From: Planctomycetaceae bacterium
GTDB lineage: Bacteria > Planctomycetota > Planctomycetia > Pirellulales > UBA1268
Assembly (NCBI GenBank): GCA_947449135.1
Contig: CANFQO010000009.1
Location: 610 to 64,609, forward strand
Length of the DNA: 64,000 nt
Reading direction: 5' to 3'
The stretch's first letter is position 1, and every line of letters starts with the position of its first letter. The notes under the pieces were generated by a model that saw only the letters and a list, made by a program, of their open reading frames with translations, was not told the DNA's origin and made no database searches. Of the stretch, positions 28,508 to 38,643 are shown one piece after another. The translations under genes and the position numbers were made by a program.

Positions 28508-29382
28508 TGCAGATGGGCAGTGTCGAGCGGGCTGAGCGGAGGGTTGGTGGCAGGCTGTTGCGCGGGGTGGCAACGTACGGGAACGTCTTCCGTTCGTCAC
28601 TGACGCTGGTCGCATTGGGAGCGGCGCTCTTTGGCGGTGCCACCACGGTCGCTGCCGAATTCTCCGGCATGGAGCCAGTGGCCGTGAGGGATGCCGTCGG
28701 TGGCGGCATCCATGCGTACCATGCGGGTGATTACGATCGGGCGTACGACGACCTCACCAATGCCATCGAGGCCGGCACCGACGATCCACGCAGCTACTAC
28801 TTCCGCGGGCTCGCCGCCCTCAAGCTCGGCCGTACGAGCGAAGCAGAGGCCGACTTCATCACAGGAGCGGACCGCGAGGTGTCGACGGGCAGCATCCGAC
28901 GCGTGTCGCAGTCGCTGGAGCGGGTTCAGGGGCACGACCGTCTCAAGCTTGAACGCTTTCGGGCACGGGCCCGACTCGGGGCGTTGCAGCGGGATCAGGA
29001 AATGTATGGTCGGCGATATTCGACGATCGAGGATGCCAGCACCGACGTTCGTCGCCGCCGCCGCCCCGAAAATGTCCGTTCAGATCTCCTCGTCCCTCGG
29101 GAGATGCCGGCTGTGAACGCACTGCCACCCGCAGGCACGGTCGAGGAAGTGCCCGCCCCGGCGGCCAGGAACGCTTCGCCTGCCGAGCCCAGCGACACCT
29201 TCGAGGATGAGCCCGCTGTCGAAGCGGACGATCCATTCGGCGTGAGGGATTCATCCCCTGACATGCCGGAAAGCAGTGCCGATGAGAGGGCTGTGCAGGA
29301 CGAGCTCACCTCGGCCGAGGACGAAGACACTCTGGGCGAGAGAGCGGTTCAAAGCGAGGTCGAGGCTGTCGAGGGACGCTGA
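28508..29382 (+). CDS. Secreted TPR-like protein with acidic disordered C-terminus
   Basis: Hydrophobic signal segment, TPR-like GIHAYHAGDYDRAYDDLTNAIEAGTDDPRSYYFRGLA, Glu/Asp-rich tail. Start uncertain. Confidence 0.65.
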
Positions 29383-29427
29383 CGCGGTGATAGCGTCTGG
29401 CGAGGACACGCCGCCGTGATGGCGAGG

Positions 29428-29490
29428 ATCAACTGTCCTGCATCCACGATCAACGATCCTGCATTCGCAATCAATGATCCTGCATTCGCA
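29428..29490. repeat. Tandem repeat, 3 x 21 bp, overlapping the DUF423 gene stop
   Basis: atcaactgtcctgcatccacg / atcaacgatcctgcattcgca / atcaatgatcctgcattcgca. Confidence 0.8.
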
Positions 29491-29863
29491 GGGCGGCGGC
29501 AGCCAGCAGTGCCCAGCCGATGAGGAAAAGTACGCCCCCGATTGGCACGATCGCCCCCAGAATCTTCACGCCCGAGAGGGCCAGTGCCGCCAGGCACCCG
29601 CTGAAGATCAGTGTGCCGATGAGAAAGCACCAGCCGGCGGCAAGCAGCAGACCTCGGGCGTGCGCCGCCTGTGGCAAAGCCGCCGCCACCGCGAGCATCA
29701 AAAGTGCCAAGCCGTGATAGAGGCAGTAGCGAACGGCCGTCTCCCAGTTGTCAGCCCGGCCGGTGGCATCGAGCACGGCCTTGAGACCATGCGCTCCAAA
29801 CGAGCCCGCCGCCACGCCGACACCGCCAAGAAGGCTGCCGGAGAGAAGAAAAAACCGCAGCAT
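29471..29863 (-). CDS. DUF423 (YgdD/TMEM256) family membrane protein
   Basis: GSFGAHGL, WETAVRY..YH, IFSGCL, GAIVPIGG...GW. Confidence 0.9.
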   Translation of the reverse strand: MLRFFLLSGSLLGGVGVAAGSFGAHGLKAVLDATGRADNWETAVRYCLYHGLALLMLAVAAALPQAAHARGLLLAAGWCFLIGTLIFSGCLAALALSGVKILGAIVPIGGVLFLIGWALLAAAALRMQDH

Positions 29864-29911
29864 GCGGGGGGCTCCAGGGGAATCGCGGGAGGACTGGCTC
29901 TGGAGAATCAC

Positions 29912-32767
29912 TCAGGGGCGGTTGACACCGAGGAGTTTGTCCTCCTCTTCCTCCTGGATGATGATCCGCGGCGTCACCATCAGCATCAGGCTGTCGGTTG
30001 TGCGGCCCATGCCCACGTTCTTGAAGAGGCGGTTGACGTAGGGGATCTTCGAGAGGATCGGCACGCCAAACTCGTTGCGGCCTTCCCGTAGTCGCTTGAT
30101 TCCTCCGAGAAGCACCGTGCCTCCGTCAGGGACGCTGACGGTGGTGGTGACCGTCGTGAAGATGAATTCCGGCAATTGGATCGTGGTGCCTCGGGAGAAG
30201 GTCTCTTCCTCGCGATCAGCCTTCGCCTGGGTTTGAAGGCCGGCCTGGAGACCGCCGCCGGCATTGGCGTCGCCGTTCAGGCCTGTCTTCTCGTCGCTGC
30301 TCTTCGACTTCGTGGACCGCGTTCCCTCGAACTGAAACTGCTCAACGCGACCGATCTGCGAGAAGAACGGCACGAGCGTCAGCCGCACGAATCGCCTGTC
30401 GCTGGAGACGACTGCCTGCACGTTCACGGCGGTGCCCTCGGAGAGCACGGTGATCACCGGCTGCTGGGCGGCGGCAAAGTCACCGACCACCGGTACGACG
30501 CTCGTGACGAACGGCCGCTGGGTGGTGTCGGAGATGAAGGCGTTCTGGCCATTGAAGAGCGTGACCTTCGGCGCCTGCATGACATTTGATCGGGTGTTGC
30601 CCTGAGCCGCCTGGATCAGGAAAAACGCTTCGATGTCGCTGAGAATCGCGAAACCAAAGTTGGCTGCCGATGTGGACGGGTCGGGCAGGCCCGGCAGCGA
30701 TGGGACGGTGGCGCTGCCAAAACTGTTTTGACGAAACGGTAACGAGAAGTTGCTGGGGATTTGCTGGGCCTGCGTCTGGCCCGCGGTAGTGCCACCGGCG
30801 GTCGTGCCACCGAGGGAGCTGGAACCGAGGGCCACGCCCGGTCTGCCCGTGTTGTCGAGGCCGATCGTCTGACTTTGGCTTCCAGGCGCGGTCTGGAGGC
30901 CGAGCGAAGACGGGTTGAGGGAGCTGTTATTCTGGGTGGGAATGGCCGTCATGTTGAGCGGCGTGTGGACACCGGTCTGGATGTTGAAGTCGAAGTCGAC
31001 GCCGATCCGCTCGAAGAAGGTGTCGTTCAAGCGGATAAACCGCACCTCGATCGTCACCTGGAGATCCTGCAGCCGGCGGAGCTGTTCGAGCAGGTCGGCG
31101 ATTTCTTCGTGCACTTCCTGCGTCTGGCTCACGACGATGCTGAGGTTCGTGGCAAATTGTTGGATGGCGCCGGTGCCACCTACGGTGTTCCAGGTCGTCG
31201 GAGCGACCGTGTTTTGGATCAGTTCGATGAGCGACTGGAAGTCGGCCTGGCTGCCGCCGCCGGTCGGGGCGCCAAAGGGAATGGAAGGGGTCGAGCCCAT
31301 CGTGGGGGCACCGCCCCCGGCCTGGAACTGTGCCAGCGATGCGGGATCGATGGCCGCATTCCCGCCCGCCCGGCTCACACCGTTGATGCCGACCGGAGGC
31401 GGGCCGTACTCCACAGACGCGTTGCCGTTCCTCGGAAGCCGGGAGTAGCCGTCGCGGAGGGCGCCCGTGATGCCGAGGCCATCGGAGGAGAAATTCGGAA
31501 TCGGGATCACGAGATCGGCCACGGGGTAGGAGACGCTATAGACATCTCCCTTCACCAGCCGCGGGCTCGTCACCTTGAGTACCTCGTCCTTGACCACGCA
31601 ATCGAGGTGGAGCGGTTCGAGCAGCAGCTTGAGAGCGCTCTTCAGCGAGATCGGCTGGTCGAGGGAGATGGTCACCGGCGTATCGCTGCGGACCGCCTCC
31701 TGTTCGAGGCCGACCATGTCGAGATGGATCGGCACGTCCGCCTGCTTGGCCAACGCGTCGAGAACGGCTGAGAGCGGCTGGTCACGGTGCGAAGCTTTCA
31801 CCTTCACGCTCATCCGCTTTTGGATCTGCAATTCCGCAGGCGTCGCCCGGGCACGCCCTTCTGCCTGAAGTCGGGTGCGGTTCTTCGTCAGGTCTTCCCA
31901 GTCGCGGGTGGTCGGAAACTCGATCGGTCCGACGAAGGGAATGGAGGAACGGTCGGTATCCTCTGCCACGTCCAGAAAGCCGTCCCGCTTATCTCCCTCG
32001 ATCGACTTCTGTGTGTCGAGACGGCGGATGACGCGGCTCTGCGAGAGCAGCTGCCGCACGATCGGGTTGTCGGGAGCGAGTTGGCCGGCTTTCTTGGCGA
32101 CCGCCTCGGCCTCGGGAAACCGTTGGGTGTCGATGAGCGAGTTGTATTCGTCCACGAGCATCGCGAGGCGTTGATCGACCTCGACCTTCTGGGCCCGTTC
32201 GCGGTCGACGCGGGCGTCGATCTGTGCGCTTCGCCGCTCCATCTCGAGCTCGCCCCGTCGTTTGCCGGTTGATTCCTCGATGTCGCGACGGGCGCGTTCG
32301 ATTCGCTGCTGGAGCTGTGTCCGGACCTTCTCGGGCACGGCCGGATCGGCGACCTTCGCAGCCGCTTCGTCGAGCAGGGCGAGCGCATCGGCGGGGGATC
32401 GCTGCGCCGTGCGTCTGGCCTCAAGTTGCTTGGCGGCGACTTCCGCCGAGATCCGCGCCACGAGGAGATCATCGGGCACAGGGGCTGCGACACCACTCTC
32501 GGCGGTCTCGCGGCCTGCCTTGGCAGAACCGTTCTCTGCCGATTGGGAAATCGCGTCTTGCATGATTCGACGGGCGGCGGCCGCTTCGGCGGTGGCTGCC
32601 GGGAGTTCCTCCGAGGCATCCTCTTGCGCCTGAAGCCCCTTCGGTGTGCCCAGACCCGAAACCAGGCAGGCGAGGCCGAGCATGACCACGAACACACGGC
32701 TTCGAATCTGAGCCGTGTGGGCCAGAAGGACTGGTTTGATGACCGACAGGTTGATCGCTCGTACCAT
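29912..32767 (-). CDS. Planctomycete secretin-like protein (type II/III secretion system family)
   Basis: STN/N-domain-like region, QVTIEVRFI, VMQAPKVTLFNGQ, TTVSVPDGGTVLLGG, VPILSKIPYVNRLF, LMLMVTPRII. Start trimmed to the ATG at 32767. Confidence 0.85.
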   Translation of the reverse strand: MVRAINLSVIKPVLLAHTAQIRSRVFVVMLGLACLVSGLGTPKGLQAQEDASEELPAATAEAAAARRIMQDAISQSAENGSAKAGRETAESGVAAPVPDDLLVARISAEVAAKQLEARRTAQRSPADALALLDEAAAKVADPAVPEKVRTQLQQRIERARRDIEESTGKRRGELEMERRSAQIDARVDRERAQKVEVDQRLAMLVDEYNSLIDTQRFPEAEAVAKKAGQLAPDNPIVRQLLSQSRVIRRLDTQKSIEGDKRDGFLDVAEDTDRSSIPFVGPIEFPTTRDWEDLTKNRTRLQAEGRARATPAELQIQKRMSVKVKASHRDQPLSAVLDALAKQADVPIHLDMVGLEQEAVRSDTPVTISLDQPISLKSALKLLLEPLHLDCVVKDEVLKVTSPRLVKGDVYSVSYPVADLVIPIPNFSSDGLGITGALRDGYSRLPRNGNASVEYGPPPVGINGVSRAGGNAAIDPASLAQFQAGGGAPTMGSTPSIPFGAPTGGGSQADFQSLIELIQNTVAPTTWNTVGGTGAIQQFATNLSIVVSQTQEVHEEIADLLEQLRRLQDLQVTIEVRFIRLNDTFFERIGVDFDFNIQTGVHTPLNMTAIPTQNNSSLNPSSLGLQTAPGSQSQTIGLDNTGRPGVALGSSSLGGTTAGGTTAGQTQAQQIPSNFSLPFRQNSFGSATVPSLPGLPDPSTSAANFGFAILSDIEAFFLIQAAQGNTRSNVMQAPKVTLFNGQNAFISDTTQRPFVTSVVPVVGDFAAAQQPVITVLSEGTAVNVQAVVSSDRRFVRLTLVPFFSQIGRVEQFQFEGTRSTKSKSSDEKTGLNGDANAGGGLQAGLQTQAKADREEETFSRGTTIQLPEFIFTTVTTTVSVPDGGTVLLGGIKRLREGRNEFGVPILSKIPYVNRLFKNVGMGRTTDSLMLMVTPRIIIQEEEEDKLLGVNRP

Positions 32768-32948
32768 TGATGCTGCTTCCTGTGCGCAGGACCGGTGTCG
32801 CAGGCGGGAGGAGTACCTGCCCCCGTGAAGGCGGGTCAAGGTCAGGTCGGGGCAGTCATGCCTCCCAGCCTTTCCAGGCTGCCAGAGTGGCCGTTCTGGC
32901 CACTTTTTCGCAGACGCGGCACACAGCCCATCCCTCGCGATGGGGGTG

Positions 32949-34514
32949 CTAGCCGTTGCGGGCCGGGTTTCCGACCGCGGTTGGCCCGGCGGCAAGGAGC
33001 GGTGATCGCCCGAGGACCTTTTCCACCGTGTCGAGCAGTTGATCAACACGAAATGGCTTAAAGAGCACGAGATCGATGCCCGCCTGGCGAGCCTTGACGA
33101 TCGAGTGGCCCGGGTCGTATCCGAATCCGGTCATCAGCACGAGCGGCACGAGGTCTCGCAATTCGCGGAGTTTGACCAGGAGTTCATAGCCGTTCATGTC
33201 GGGCAGACGGATGTCTGCGATGATCACATCGTATGCCTCGGCGCCGCAGGCCCGCACCATCGATGCCGCCTCCGTACCGTCGCGGGCCGTTTCCACGGTG
33301 CAGCCATACCGTTCGAGCAGTGCATGCGCCGCAGCCCGCACCTGTTCGTCAGCATCCACCACAAGAATGCGGCGGCCTGCCAACGTCGGATGGCGATCGC
33401 CCTGTCGGCGTTGCGCGTGTGCCGAACTGGGCGTCATCTGCTCGCCCACTTTCTGGATTACCTGCTTGATGTCACGGGCATTGCGGAGAATTCGCTGCAG
33501 CCGCTCGACGACGTCGGCGTCGTGGCCGATGTAGCGCTCCATGACGCTGACGGCATCGTTCAGGATGTCATCCACCGGCAGCGCCACGGCACCATGGATG
33601 GCCTCGATGCTCTCCGCTGCGGTTGAGGCCTTCTCGGCCACGAGCAGTTCAAGCGTGTTCAGGGCGGCAGCGACGTCGCGAGAGAAGATTTCGAGAAATC
33701 GCAGGTCGGTGTCCGTGAAACCGCCTGGTTCCGGGCTCTCAACATTGAAGGTGCCGATGACCTGTTCGTGGAGCATGAGGGGCACGGTAAGCGAGCTTTT
33801 CGCCCCTTTGCAGCCCTCAAGGTAGAGCGGGTCTTTCGTGGTGTCGTTGCAGAAGTAGCTGCTGCCGGTGGCGGCGACGTAGCCGGTCACGCCGTTGTTT
33901 TCGGGACGCGCGTAGAGCACGCGAGTCTCTGCTGCGGGTTGCATGCCCACCGCGAGTAACGGCTCCAGGCGGCCCGTCTGACGATCGAGCAGCCGGATTT
34001 CGACAACGTCGAACTGCAACAGATCCTTCGAGTAGAAGAGGATGTTGCTCTTCAGCAGATCGATCCGTTCCTCGACGGTCATGTCGGCCAGTTCCGCCGG
34101 AGCGAGATCGGCGAGTTGCTGCCCCGCCTGATGGATCGCCGCGAGTTTCTGCTGTTCGAGGATGGTGTGCGTGACATCCCGCACCGCTGCCACAGCGACG
34201 GGACCGACTGCGTCGGCGGTGCCGACCGCAGCCTGCAGGTGAAAGTAGCGGTTGTCGGCGGTTCGCAGTGTCGCCGTCGTCGTGCGGCCCGTGGAGATCG
34301 TCACGGCGAAGAGGCCGGTATCGGTCCCCAGGATCTCGGGGCGGTCGAGAGCATCAAAAAAGTTGAGGCCCCGCAGGTCGGCCTTGTGGCACCAGTTCGC
34401 CAGAAGACCGTTAGACCAGACGATGGTGTTGTCGCCGCGAACCAGCGCGATGCCATCCGGAAGATGCTCCAGAACGGCCCCGGCATCGCATGCCCCAGGT
34501 GGGTTCTGGCTCAT
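32949..34514 (-). CDS. PAS-GAF-receiver signalling protein
   Basis: N-terminal PAS-like region (LEHLPDGIALV), GAF (GVTGYVAATG...SSLTVPL...IGTFNVES) and C-terminal REC (ILVVDAD, DIRLPDMNG, MTG, KPF). Confidence 0.85.
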   Translation of the reverse strand: MSQNPPGACDAGAVLEHLPDGIALVRGDNTIVWSNGLLANWCHKADLRGLNFFDALDRPEILGTDTGLFAVTISTGRTTTATLRTADNRYFHLQAAVGTADAVGPVAVAAVRDVTHTILEQQKLAAIHQAGQQLADLAPAELADMTVEERIDLLKSNILFYSKDLLQFDVVEIRLLDRQTGRLEPLLAVGMQPAAETRVLYARPENNGVTGYVAATGSSYFCNDTTKDPLYLEGCKGAKSSLTVPLMLHEQVIGTFNVESPEPGGFTDTDLRFLEIFSRDVAAALNTLELLVAEKASTAAESIEAIHGAVALPVDDILNDAVSVMERYIGHDADVVERLQRILRNARDIKQVIQKVGEQMTPSSAHAQRRQGDRHPTLAGRRILVVDADEQVRAAAHALLERYGCTVETARDGTEAASMVRACGAEAYDVIIADIRLPDMNGYELLVKLRELRDLVPLVLMTGFGYDPGHSIVKARQAGIDLVLFKPFRVDQLLDTVEKVLGRSPLLAAGPTAVGNPARNG

Positions 34515-34618
34515 GGAGGATGGAACTGGATTGGGCACCAACGACCCTCCGCGCACCGGTCGAACACTCAAGATCAGTATAAAATCGGACGCTGGGCTCG
34601 CCAAATGCAGTGTCGCCG

Positions 34619-34646
34619 TTGCCGCGTCGGTCGCCAAATCTATACT
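34619..34646 (+). promoter_or_regulatory. Candidate sigma70-type promoter for sdhCAB
   Basis: TTGCCG-N16-TATACT about 100 bp upstream of sdhC. Consensus match only. Confidence 0.35.
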
Positions 34647-34743
34647 CCCCGTATACTCTTGGACGCCGGCGGATGGCACCGATCCCGCCGTGTGAATCAC
34701 CGGCATTGAATCCGGCGTTAAATACAGTGCAGCGAGGCAGTTT

Positions 34744-35592
34744 GTGACCGCGAACGACCCATCCCAATCCTTCTTTGCCCGGCACCAGTTTCTGATCTAC
34801 CGGCTGTTCTCGTTGGCGGGCTTGATGCCGGTCGGCGCCTTCCTGGTGGTGCACCTCCTCACCAATGCCTCGGTGCTCGCCGGTCCGGGTGTCTTCCAGT
34901 CACGAGTGGACATGATCCACTCGCTGGGGCCGCTGCTCGTGCCAATCGAGTGGGCATTCATTTTCCTGCCGATGCTCTTCCATGCCGTGGTCGGGTTCGT
35001 GATCATCGCCAACGGCATGCCGAACGTGGGCTCCTACGCGTATGTGGGCAATGTTCGCTACACGTTGCAGCGGGCGACCGGCATGATCGCCTTCGTCTTC
35101 ATCATCTGGCACATCACGCAGTTGCACTGGTTGGGAACTCCGTTCGGCGGCGGCAGGTTCGATCCACACCACGCGACCAGTTCCGCGGCAGTCGTCCTGC
35201 GGCCCCTGTTGATCACCATCTTGTACGCAGTGGGTATCCTGTCGACCGTGTTTCACTTTTCAAACGGCCTTTGGACGCTTGGCATCACATGGGGCTTGTG
35301 GACGAGTCCCGCCGCGATGCGACGGGCCAACTTGATCAGCATCATGCTGGGCGTGTTGTTGGGCGGTGCCGGTCTCGGGGCGCTGGGCGGCATGCGGCGA
35401 GTCGATGTCGAGCAGGCCAGGGCGATTGAAAATCGGATGGATGATGTGAAGCGGATGCTGGAAGGCGGTGAGGCCCCGCTGCAAGGCGATCCGTCGCACG
35501 GGCGGTCTCCAGCCGTCCACACGTCCGAACCGGCAAGCATCCCCGTCGTGCCCACGTCCGGATCCGCAGCACGCACCCCGTCAGGAGGTTGA
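34744..35592 (+). CDS. sdhC: Succinate dehydrogenase cytochrome b558 subunit
   Basis: Five TM helices with heme-ligand His (VVHLLTN, LFHAVVG, IWHI, FHFSNGLW); adjacent to sdhA. Confidence 0.92.
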   Translation: MTANDPSQSFFARHQFLIYRLFSLAGLMPVGAFLVVHLLTNASVLAGPGVFQSRVDMIHSLGPLLVPIEWAFIFLPMLFHAVVGFVIIANGMPNVGSYAYVGNVRYTLQRATGMIAFVFIIWHITQLHWLGTPFGGGRFDPHHATSSAAVVLRPLLITILYAVGILSTVFHFSNGLWTLGITWGLWTSPAAMRRANLISIMLGVLLGGAGLGALGGMRRVDVEQARAIENRMDDVKRMLEGGEAPLQGDPSHGRSPAVHTSEPASIPVVPTSGSAARTPSGG

Positions 35593-35646
35593 TCAACCTC
35601 TGGTCAACCTCTGATCAAACATGGCAAATCAAGGAGCCCGAGCATC

Positions 35647-37650
35647 ATGGCACAACCCAGAGTCCTCGTGATCGGTGGTGGACTGGCCGGACTTTCCGCC
35701 ACCATGCGACTGGCCGAGCTCGGCATCAACGTCGATCTGGTCAGCCTCGTCCCCGTCAAGCGATCCCACAGCGTCTGTGCCCAGGGTGGGATCAACAGCG
35801 TCAATTCGCTCACCCGGCAGCAGGGCGACAGCGAATGGAAGCACTTCGATGACACCGTCTACGGCGGCGACTTCCTGCAGCATCAGCCCCCCGTCAAGGA
35901 GATGGCCGACTGGGGCCCCAGGATCGTCGACTTGATGGATCGGCTTGGCGTGCCCTTCAACCGCACGCCAGAGGGTTTTCGCGATCAGCGACGGTTCGGT
36001 GGCACGCTCTTCAAGCGGACCGCCTTTGCCGGCGCCACGACGGGCCAGCAGTTGCTCTATTCGCTGGACGAGCAGGTGCGGCGCTGGGAGGTGGAGGGAA
36101 AGGTCAAGAAGTGGGAGTTCTGGGATTTCCTGGAGCCGGTGCTCGACGACGCGGGCCGATGCCGTGGCGCGATCTGCCAGGATCTCGTCACCATGCAGTT
36201 TCGCGCCTTCCCGGCGGATGCGGTGATCCTCGCCACGGGTGGCTGTGGCTTGCTCTACGGTCGCTCGACGATGTCGATGGTCTGCACGGGCAGCGCCGTG
36301 AGCAGGGCCTACAGGGCAGGTGCCTGGTACGGCAACGGCGAGTTCATTCAGGTGCACCCGACCGCCATTCCTGGTGCCGACAAGCTGCGGCTGATGAGCG
36401 AGAGCGCCCGCGGGGAGGGGGGCCGGGTGTGGGTTCCCAAGACGCCACACGATCCCCGCGATCCCCGGGACATTCCGGAGTCGGAGCGGAGCTACTTCCT
36501 TGAGGAACGGTATCCCAAGTATGGGAATCTCGTGCCGCGGGATATCGCCACCCGTGAGATCTTCGACATCTGCACCAACGAGGGGCTATCGGTCGAGAAG
36601 GATCGGCTCTGCGTCTATCTCGATCTCACGCATGTGCCGCGGGAGACGCTCGATCGCAAGCTGGGCGGCATCCTGGAGATCTACGAGAAATTCCAGGGTG
36701 TCGATCCGCGGGTCGTGCCCATGAAGATCTTCCCTGCCGTCCACTATTCGATGGGCGGTCTGTGGGTTGACTACGAAAAGAGCAGCTCGGGCGGTCTGGT
36801 AGAGGGTTCGCCGCGAAATCAGCAGACCAACATTCCCGGGCTGTATGCCATTGGCGAATGCGACTATCAGTACCACGGTGCCAACAGGCTCGGTGCGAAT
36901 TCGCTGCTCTCCTGCATTTTCAGCGGATTGTTCTGTGCGCCGGGGGTGATCGCGGGCTGCGACGCCGGTGGCAAGAAAGCTGCGGAAGAGTCGTCGCGAC
37001 TCTTCGAATCGGGCCTCCGCCGCGAAGAGGAGCGGCATCGGGCCCTGCTCGTGCGGACGGCCGGCGACGAAAACCCCTACGACCTCCACCAGCAACTCGG
37101 CAATCTCATGACCCGCGTGGCCACGGTGGTTCGCCGCAACGAGCAGTTGGTAGCCGCTTACGCCGAGGTCTGCTCGCTCGAGGAGCGGTGGAGGCGGTGC
37201 GCGGTGTCGGACTCGGGCAACTGGACAAACCAAAACGTGGTCTTCACGAAGTCGCTCGGCGACATGTTTCCGCTGGCGAAACTGATCCTCAAGGGTGCCC
37301 TGCAACGTGACGAATGTCGCGGAGCCCATTACAAACCAGACTTCGCGATGCCCGGCATCCATTCCACCGATCCGGCGGAGAAGCGGCGTGAGGCGGAGGC
37401 GTGGTGCGATCGCTTCGAGGCGAGCACCCGTCGTTGGCTGAAGTCGACAGTGGCCAAGTGTGGTCCGGAAGGCGAGCCGGAGATCTCGTATCAGGACATC
37501 GACACATCGCTGATGCCTCCCCGTCCACGGCTCTACGGTCTGGTCGGAGGAGAGGAGATCGAGGAGGTCTGGAAGGAGCGGCAACGCGCCGCGGGTGTCG
37601 GTGGTGATGCCCAGAAGGGGTCGCCGGCCTACGCCGGAGCAACGAGCTAG
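35647..37650 (+). CDS. sdhA: Succinate dehydrogenase flavoprotein subunit
   Basis: IGGGLAG, RSHSVCAQGGIN (covalent FAD His), QVHPT, HYSMGG, HGANRLGANSL, ECRGAH. Confidence 0.96.
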   Translation: MAQPRVLVIGGGLAGLSATMRLAELGINVDLVSLVPVKRSHSVCAQGGINSVNSLTRQQGDSEWKHFDDTVYGGDFLQHQPPVKEMADWGPRIVDLMDRLGVPFNRTPEGFRDQRRFGGTLFKRTAFAGATTGQQLLYSLDEQVRRWEVEGKVKKWEFWDFLEPVLDDAGRCRGAICQDLVTMQFRAFPADAVILATGGCGLLYGRSTMSMVCTGSAVSRAYRAGAWYGNGEFIQVHPTAIPGADKLRLMSESARGEGGRVWVPKTPHDPRDPRDIPESERSYFLEERYPKYGNLVPRDIATREIFDICTNEGLSVEKDRLCVYLDLTHVPRETLDRKLGGILEIYEKFQGVDPRVVPMKIFPAVHYSMGGLWVDYEKSSSGGLVEGSPRNQQTNIPGLYAIGECDYQYHGANRLGANSLLSCIFSGLFCAPGVIAGCDAGGKKAAEESSRLFESGLRREEERHRALLVRTAGDENPYDLHQQLGNLMTRVATVVRRNEQLVAAYAEVCSLEERWRRCAVSDSGNWTNQNVVFTKSLGDMFPLAKLILKGALQRDECRGAHYKPDFAMPGIHSTDPAEKRREAEAWCDRFEASTRRWLKSTVAKCGPEGEPEISYQDIDTSLMPPRPRLYGLVGGEEIEEVWKERQRAAGVGGDAQKGSPAYAGATS

Positions 37651-37724
37651 CAGCGGCATGACGGCGGACGGAGTGGCTTGCGTGGATCAGTGTGCGGTTT
37701 CCGTGTGCGGAGGAGCATCAAACG

Positions 37725-38642
37725 ATGATCAGGTCAGTTGAATCAACCGGGCACCACGATGGTGGTCAGCAGTCGCAATCGCCGGACGTTGCTGGTGGCA
37801 ATGGGCACGCTGATGCCGCGCCGCAGGTCGTGCGGGTGCGGATTCTGCGGCAGGACGCCCCCGGTGAGGAGAGCTACTGGGAGCGATTCGAGATTCCCTA
37901 TGTCGCCAACATGAACGTCATCAGCATCCTCCAGCAGGTCGCCGCGCAGGCGAAGTCACGGGATGGCAGACGAGTGGCCCCGGTGGCGTGGGACTGCAAC
38001 TGTCTGGAAGAGGTCTGCGGTTCCTGCACGATGTTGATCAACGGCCGTACGAGGATGGCCTGCTCGGCGCTTGTCGACCGTCTGCTCGTCGAGTCGGCCG
38101 ACGAGATTGAATTGCGACCCATGTCGAAGTTTCCGGTGGTCCGCGACCTGGTCGTCGATCGCGGCAGGTTGTTTCATTCGCTCGAGAGGGTGAAGGCCTG
38201 GGTGCCCGTTGATGGCTCCTATGATCACGGCCCCGGCCCACGGATCGCGCCGGAGAATCAGGAGGATGCCTATCCATTGGCGACTTGCATCAGCTGCGGT
38301 TGCTGCCTGGAGGCCTGTCCTCAATTCACGAAGATCGAAGCGGTTCGTCGCGAGGACGAGTCTGCGGACGAGTTTGAGGCCCGAAGAAACGCCGCCTTCG
38401 ACAAGGGCTTTGTGGGTGCCCATGCCATCAGTCAGGCGATGCTGTTCAACGGCCACCCCACTGGCAAAATGATCGCCGACGAGCGGTTGACGGCACTCAC
38501 ATCGCAGGGCGGCATCCAGATGTGCGGCAATGCACAGAATTGCGTCGCCGTCTGCCCGAAGAGTATTCCGCTGACCCGATCGATCGCCCGCGCCGGCCGC
38601 GCAGCAACGGTCTGGGCCATCCGGAAAATCTTCGACCGCTAG
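37725..38642 (+). CDS. sdhB: Succinate dehydrogenase iron-sulfur subunit
   Basis: CLEEVCGSC, CISCGCCLEACP, CGNAQNCVAVCP. Confidence 0.95.
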   Translation: MIRSVESTGHHDGGQQSQSPDVAGGNGHADAAPQVVRVRILRQDAPGEESYWERFEIPYVANMNVISILQQVAAQAKSRDGRRVAPVAWDCNCLEEVCGSCTMLINGRTRMACSALVDRLLVESADEIELRPMSKFPVVRDLVVDRGRLFHSLERVKAWVPVDGSYDHGPGPRIAPENQEDAYPLATCISCGCCLEACPQFTKIEAVRREDESADEFEARRNAAFDKGFVGAHAISQAMLFNGHPTGKMIADERLTALTSQGGIQMCGNAQNCVAVCPKSIPLTRSIARAGRAATVWAIRKIFDR

Positions 38643-38643
38643 A

